From NCBI GenBank assembly GCA_049663505.1, contig JBATDO010000112.1, positions 1-53,482 of the forward strand: a stretch of DNA of 53,482 bases, in the 5' to 3' direction. The translations under genes and the position numbers were made by a program. The stretch's first letter is position 1. Each line of letters starts with the position of its first letter. This DNA comes from Sphingorhabdus sp. Lineage in GTDB: Bacteria > Pseudomonadota > Alphaproteobacteria > Sphingomonadales > Sphingomonadaceae. The notes beneath the pieces are model-generated. The model was not told where the DNA came from. It searched no databases and was given only the letters and a program-made list of their open reading frames with translations. Of the stretch, positions 48,386 to 53,482 are shown in pieces.

Positions 48386-49146
48386 CGTTACGCCTTGAAA
48401 AAAATGGCAAAATTGCACATCTTCTCATCGACCGGCCGCAGAAGCGTAATGCGTTTACGCAAGAGATGTGGGAGCTGTTTCCAAAGTTGCTTGCAGACGC
48501 GATAGAGGACGATAGCATCCGCGTATTGACCGTAAACGCCAGCAAGAAGGACAGCGCTTTTTGCGCTGGTGCTGATATTGGCGAATTTGGCACCGGGTCG
48601 ACAGACCCCGAATGGCGCGCGAAGAATCAGGCGGCGATTGGCAAGGTGCAGCATGATTTAGCACAAGCGCCCAAACCAACTATTGCTATTATCGACGGGG
48701 ATTGCGTTGGTGGCGGCTGTGGCATTGCCTTGGCGTGTGACATGCGAGTTGCTGGCCCCAAGGCGCGATTTGGTATTACCCCTGCTAAACTGGGATTGGT
48801 TTACCCGCTCCACGACACCAAATTGCTGGTGGATGCGGTCGGTCCTTCACAGGCAAAACGAATATTATTCACTGGCCAGATTTTGTCAGCGGAAGAATCA
48901 TTACGTATCGGGCTGATTACAATTCTGGCTGAAGAACCCTACGACGAAGCCATGGCCTTGGCGGAAACAATGGCATCGTTATCATTGCACAGCCAGCGAA
49001 TGAGCAAAACGATTATCAAACGCATATTGGACGGGCAAGTCGACGATGATGGCGTCTCCAAAACGTTGTTCGATTCCGCCTTTGAGAGCGATGAATTTAA
49101 AGAAGGCGTGAGTGCATTTCTAGAGAAGCGGAAGCCGGAGTTTTAA
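48382..49146 (+). CDS. Enoyl-CoA hydratase/isomerase
   Basis: RPQKRNA, FCAGADI, VGGGCGIALACD, EGVSAFLEKRKP. Confidence 0.94.
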   Translation: MTLRLEKNGKIAHLLIDRPQKRNAFTQEMWELFPKLLADAIEDDSIRVLTVNASKKDSAFCAGADIGEFGTGSTDPEWRAKNQAAIGKVQHDLAQAPKPTIAIIDGDCVGGGCGIALACDMRVAGPKARFGITPAKLGLVYPLHDTKLLVDAVGPSQAKRILFTGQILSAEESLRIGLITILAEEPYDEAMALAETMASLSLHSQRMSKTIIKRILDGQVDDDGVSKTLFDSAFESDEFKEGVSAFLEKRKPEF

Positions 49147-49147
49147 C

Positions 49148-50053
49148 GTGACCCACGCAGTGCAACATGGTTCCATTTTGGGCGGTTTGGTGACCGTTCC
49201 CGATCTGGATGCAGCCACAAGAAACTATCATGATGTGTTGGGAATGCGGATCGTTGAAATTGGTTCCGTGCCGTTGGGAATTGCAGAAAGTTGGGGTAGT
49301 CCGGCCAGCGCCAACGCGAGCATGGTTACATTACAACCAATAAGCGGAGCAGAATGTTTCATTCGCTTGGTTGAACAACCAAATCATCCAGATTTCAAGC
49401 CGACAACCACCTACGGCTGGGCCGCTTATGAGCTAAGCGTGCAGGATGTTTTTGGCTGGCCAGATCGTTTGCAAGGCAGCGGTTTTATTATTGTTGGTCC
49501 GCCAAAGGAATTGGAGGGCATGCCCTTTTTTGTCCCGATGCAGGTCTTGGGAACTGGTCGTGAGATGATCTATCTCAACGAAGTGCGTAAAAATATGCTG
49601 TCAACTGATCTACCAAAAGCACAATCGCTGACAGATCATATCTTCATCGTGATATTGGCTTCACCAGATCGTGCTACAACTGTCGAGTGGTATGAATCAA
49701 AACTTGGCTTCAACCCTGCAGATACGTTTTCGTTAGCTTATTCGATGATCAACAACGCGTTCGGATTGCCCGCCGATACTATATCCTCTTTGACGATGGT
49801 TCAAAATGGACGACTGCCCATTGTCGAAGTTGATGATTATCCAGAGCTTGCCGAAGCACGGCCTCGTCATGACGGAATGCTACCTCCCGGTAATGCGTTG
49901 GTAACGTTGGCGGTAGAAAATATCGGCAAGCTGCAGATCGATTGGGTCGCCGAACCCAAGTCGCGGGCCGGCGCTTTTTATCAAGGACGTAAAAGCGGTA
50001 CAACCGTTGGTCCGTCTGGTGAGCTTTTGGAACTTATCGAAATCCATAAATAG
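49148..50053 (+). CDS. VOC (glyoxalase-like) family protein
   Basis: Two VOC-like repeats (VTVPDLD...Y.DVLG; SPDR...WY..KLG), C-terminal GPSGELLELIE; GTG start. Confidence 0.75.
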   Translation: MTHAVQHGSILGGLVTVPDLDAATRNYHDVLGMRIVEIGSVPLGIAESWGSPASANASMVTLQPISGAECFIRLVEQPNHPDFKPTTTYGWAAYELSVQDVFGWPDRLQGSGFIIVGPPKELEGMPFFVPMQVLGTGREMIYLNEVRKNMLSTDLPKAQSLTDHIFIVILASPDRATTVEWYESKLGFNPADTFSLAYSMINNAFGLPADTISSLTMVQNGRLPIVEVDDYPELAEARPRHDGMLPPGNALVTLAVENIGKLQIDWVAEPKSRAGAFYQGRKSGTTVGPSGELLELIEIHK

Positions 50054-50063
50054 CTATTTTCGA

Positions 50064-50107
50064 TGCTGGCCCTGTATCCAATGTCTTTGGTATAGAGTGC
50101 ACTAGCA
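50064..50107. terminator. Possible hairpin between convergent genes
   Basis: Imperfect inverted repeat TGCTGG..CTGTATCCAA / TTGGTATAG..CTAGCA. Confidence 0.3.
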
Positions 50108-50118
50108 GACTGGAATGG

Positions 50119-50535
50119 CTAATCCTCTAGTTCCCTTGTGAGCGTATCATTCCAGCGGTTTTGAAAACTGAACATGCTGCTGCCCGCTTTTAGCTCAGTC
50201 TTCTGGCGTTCTTCATAATACCTATCTAGTGCCGCAAAATGCTCGTCGGTCCCAGCATTGGGAGCAAATTCAAGATCGCGTGCGATGCGTTCTGCAACCG
50301 TGAAAAGAGCGCTGGAATGGTATACCCACACCGCCTTGACTTTCGCCTCATCCACGCCTGCGTCGCAGGCACCCAGCGTAGTATGAGCCTTGTAGTATTG
50401 ACAACCTGCTGCGGCACTGACCACTGATCCATTCAGATGAGCCAAGCCATTGTCGATTTCGCTCGTCCCATAGATGACTGATACCGGCCCTCGAAACGCT
50501 ACGGGCAGTTCTGGCCATCGCATCATTTTCATCAC
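50119..50535 (-). CDS. Hypothetical protein
   Basis: 138 aa ORF with protein-like composition; no recognisable motif; start uncertain. Confidence 0.5.
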   Translation of the reverse strand: MMKMMRWPELPVAFRGPVSVIYGTSEIDNGLAHLNGSVVSAAAGCQYYKAHTTLGACDAGVDEAKVKAVWVYHSSALFTVAERIARDLEFAPNAGTDEHFAALDRYYEERQKTELKAGSSMFSFQNRWNDTLTRELED

Positions 50536-50569
50536 CGAATTGGGGCTATAATGTTTTCAAACCTCAGAC

Positions 50570-51365
50570 TCGCCAAAGTAAATCTTGATTTACTTTGGCG
50601 AGTTTTCTGCGCCCTCGTCGGGCACGGCGCGGTTGATATCCGGCCGCTCGATCAATCTAGCATTTGCGATCATGTTCTCTGCCCGGAGGGTTGTATCAAG
50701 TATCGAGGTTTTGATACAAGCACCGAGGCCGCGGGTTAAACGTCGAGAAACTGCGCTTCAACATCATAGACAAAACCCCCATAAAATTCGGCATTCAATT
50801 TTTGCCGTTGCGCAGTGGCTCCACAAAGATCTCTAAAGTGCGATCTGCTCCCTGACTTTTTAGTCGTTCGGTTATGTCCCGATTCGATGGGGCATCAAGG
50901 CAGGCTAGATCGGGCTTAGGTACAGCGGCTTTGCCGTCTCGTTCCGATATTTTTCTCAGGTTTTGGCGTCAAATGCCGGAGCACCATCTAACGCGAGACG
51001 GTTGATTTAATCGGGAGCGGTCAAGGCCATTTCCACCACGACCCGATTGCCGGTATGGAAACCCATCAAGTCGATTGGTTGTCCACTAGATAGACCAGTA
51101 GCCACAAAGAGCATTGCTTCTGCATACTCCGCAATTGGGGGGCGCTTTGAACAAATCCGAACTGCCAAGACCTGGAAAGTTCGGTGCAATTACGCGGCGA
51201 TTTTTAGCGAGATGCTGCATGATATTGGTGAAGGCGAGGGCATTGAACGGAGCAGGATCCAGACAATTGAAATCGGGATGGCGGCGTTTCAGGCTCCTGA
51301 GTCCGCCAGTGAATTTGGCCAAAGGGACCGTAGCTATCTCCCTCAACATTTTTGGGATCGATCAT
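50570..51365 (-). pseudogene. Degraded alpha/beta-hydrolase-fold gene
   Basis: ATGA-coupled start at 51365 (GPFGQIHWR); frameshifts to VIAPNFPGLGSSD and IAEYAEAM...GFHTG; in-frame stops (APD*INRL at 51007-51009); 3' end approximate. Confidence 0.8.
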
Positions 51366-52711
51366 TCGGTGGTTTCACCCAGCCTTGCCATCTGCGCAAG
51401 GTAAAGACGGCGGGTGAGGGGCATCATCAGTAACGGCGCGATCGCAAAAAGCATCGGCACGCTTGCAACTGCATAGCGCAGGTCGTTTTCGCCAAATACG
51501 CCGCTTGATAATTCGCCCACGACGATTGGACCAAGCGAGCCGAACCAGCTAATCGCCAAATAATATAGCGCCACAATCTGCCCGCGTATCTGTGCTGGCG
51601 TAATGACGAGTAACGAAGTGACGCCGATAGCCGACACAATTCCGATGCCTACGATGTTCAGGCACAAGATCGCGAAGGCCAACTCTCCGCTCGGCATGAA
51701 AAGCGGTAGCGCACCGGTCGGTACCAGTATGAAAAAGCCAATATAGAGCAGTCGCAGCGATGCATCCTTGACGCCCTTCTTTGTCCACCAGTCGGAAATG
51801 GCACCCATGATCATCATGTTGGCAGGACCAATGATTAGCAGCGCCACGCCGTTTGCGAAAGCATACTTTTGCGGCGACCAGCCCCAGGTGCGCTCGAAAG
51901 TGGGAGCAAGGAAACCCTGACTATAAGCTATCGCCGTCATAGTACCCACAATCGATAAAAAGCCTAGATAAAGTAGTCGGTTATCCCATACATACCTTAC
52001 AGTATCGCGAAAGCCGCTGCCACCTATTACATCGGATGAGGCAACAAGAGGGCGGCGAGATGGCTCTCTGATGAAAAGGAAAAACAGTGCCAACAGCAAG
52101 CCTGGTAAACCGACCACAATCATCGTGAAGCGCCAGGGTGACAGCTCTCCGAACAGCGGCAGAATTTGGTTGCCGCTCACGGCCGTCCACGCGATGATTG
52201 CGCCGCTCAGAAGCGATGCGATACCGGCACCCAAGGGCAGCGCGGCTGAGTAAAAGGCAATCGGCTTGCCGCGCCGTTCGGTCGGGAAACTGTCGCCAAT
52301 GATCGAAAAAGCCGCAGGGCTGAGGGTTGCTTCCCCGACGCCCACTCCCATGCGGGCGGCAAAAAGCTGAGCGAAATTCTTTGCGGTTCCGGTGAATATG
52401 GTTGCGATGGACCAGAGAGATACGCCAACAGACACGATCCACACCCGCTTGCCACGATCGATCAACCAGCCCATGAAAATTCCGACAAAGCCGTAAATGA
52501 TCGTAAAGGCACTGAGCAACCAACCGATGGATCGATCAGTTAGATCAAATTCTGCCTTAATAGGTTCGATCAGAAGGCCCAGGATGTAACGATCAACGAA
52601 GCTGAAAATATAGGCGATGGTCAGCATCACCACAATGAACCAACCGGCGGCTGCGCTGGGGTATGGATCCGGCTCTACACTGGTTAAACCTTCTGTCGTT
52701 TCCGCAACCAT
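51362..52711 (-). CDS. MFS transporter (spinster-like)
   Basis: FSFVDRYIL, ARMGVGVGEATLSPAAFSIIGDSFP; about 12 TM segments. Confidence 0.93.
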   Translation of the reverse strand: MVAETTEGLTSVEPDPYPSAAAGWFIVVMLTIAYIFSFVDRYILGLLIEPIKAEFDLTDRSIGWLLSAFTIIYGFVGIFMGWLIDRGKRVWIVSVGVSLWSIATIFTGTAKNFAQLFAARMGVGVGEATLSPAAFSIIGDSFPTERRGKPIAFYSAALPLGAGIASLLSGAIIAWTAVSGNQILPLFGELSPWRFTMIVVGLPGLLLALFFLFIREPSRRPLVASSDVIGGSGFRDTVRYVWDNRLLYLGFLSIVGTMTAIAYSQGFLAPTFERTWGWSPQKYAFANGVALLIIGPANMMIMGAISDWWTKKGVKDASLRLLYIGFFILVPTGALPLFMPSGELAFAILCLNIVGIGIVSAIGVTSLLVITPAQIRGQIVALYYLAISWFGSLGPIVVGELSSGVFGENDLRYAVASVPMLFAIAPLLMMPLTRRLYLAQMARLGETTE

Positions 52712-53163
52712 TATTTTACATCCGGAATAAGATAGATAACCACCAGATTGTCATCGAAATCAACGATGCCAATTTCACGCCCGATACGGCCATCGTAGGT
52801 TTCGAGTTCACCTTCTTTATACACTTTGAGGCCCAATGCCGCGCTCTGGGCTATCACTTTGTCAGGATCAGCAACGTCCAGTACGATGGCACTGCGCCGG
52901 GGGTATGGAACTGAGGGCATGGGGACGCCCTTTATCCCTGATAACGCCATCACGCGGGGTTGTTTTGGCAATGACAGGATGACAAAATCAAGTTCCGCGC
53001 CATCGGGAATTTCAAAAACCGGTATCGAATAGCTGTTCGGATTATGCCCTTTTCGATAGGTCACTTCGAAACCAAGCACGCCTCGATAAAATGTCAGCGA
53101 TTTGTCGATATCTTCGACAACAAAATTTGCCCGTTGAAAACGGGTTTGCGGCTTATCGGCCAT
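52711..53163 (-). CDS. VOC (glyoxalase-like) family protein
   Basis: VVEDIDKSLTFYRGVLGF...DFDDNLV. Confidence 0.87.
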   Translation of the reverse strand: MADKPQTRFQRANFVVEDIDKSLTFYRGVLGFEVTYRKGHNPNSYSIPVFEIPDGAELDFVILSLPKQPRVMALSGIKGVPMPSVPYPRRSAIVLDVADPDKVIAQSAALGLKVYKEGELETYDGRIGREIGIVDFDDNLVVIYLIPDVK

Positions 53164-53201
53164 TAATATCCCCTAGTTTCCTGAAGTATCAGATCATCGA
53201 G

Positions 53202-53482
53202 TTATCCGTGTACTTTCACGACCTGATTTACTTCGTAAAAATAGCCATCCAGATCCCAAAATGAACAACCTATCATATCCCTTTGTTTCCCGTCAGCGCC
53301 GGTAACTTGCCAGTCATGCGGCTCACAATGGATGCGGGATCCCAGCGCCCGCGCGCGTTCCACAGCGCACGTTGCATCTTTCGAGGCCACGACGAATACC
53401 GGCGTTCCAAACGCGACTTCGGTTGGGATCGCTTCGGGTGTGTCCTGTCTAGGATTGAGCCATTCCAGCAAACCGATCATAC
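53202..53482 (-). CDS. VOC family protein, C-terminal part (5' end beyond window)
   Basis: ...SFWDLDGYFYEVNQ C-terminal VOC motif; frame open to the window edge. Confidence 0.78.
   Translation of the reverse strand, partial: MIGLLEWLNPRQDTPEAIPTEVAFGTPVFVVASKDATCAVERARALGSRIHCEPHDWQVTGADGKQRDMIGCSFWDLDGYFYEVNQVVKVHG

Overview
Alphaproteobacterial-looking DNA (a sphingomonad-type host is inferred from gene content and is not proven). A broken IS3-family element sits at the left edge. It is followed by one large catabolic and uptake island (about 0.8-53.5 kb, continuing past the right edge) with about 50 genes. These include a TonB-dependent receptor, three MFS transporters, FAD oxidoreductases, a lipoprotein cytochrome c, many C-N hydrolases (isochorismatase, amidase, nitrilase-fold, three PuuE-like deacetylases), LeuCD-like and MmgE/PrpD hydratases, three CaiB CoA-transferases, a CoA ligase, acyl-CoA dehydrogenase, enoyl-CoA hydratase, MaoC, and HMG-CoA-lyase- and CitE-like lyases. 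Uncharacterised families are also present: two DUF1838-like, one DUF3598-like, one HapK/RedY-like, two 'SPDHRGAT' proteins and four HemJ/DUF2269-like membrane paralogues. A 12-bp palindrome, TTGTCCGGACAA, occurs in six promoter regions (five perfect copies, one near-perfect) and is the probable operator of the resident GntR/HutC regulator. My best hypothesis, which is inference only, is an uncharacterised pathway that imports and degrades a pyrrole or tetrapyrrole (bilin-type) N-heterocycle via maleimide, maleamate and maleate intermediates. I saw no rRNA, tRNA or CRISPR array. Family assignments come from motifs read by eye; no database search was run.
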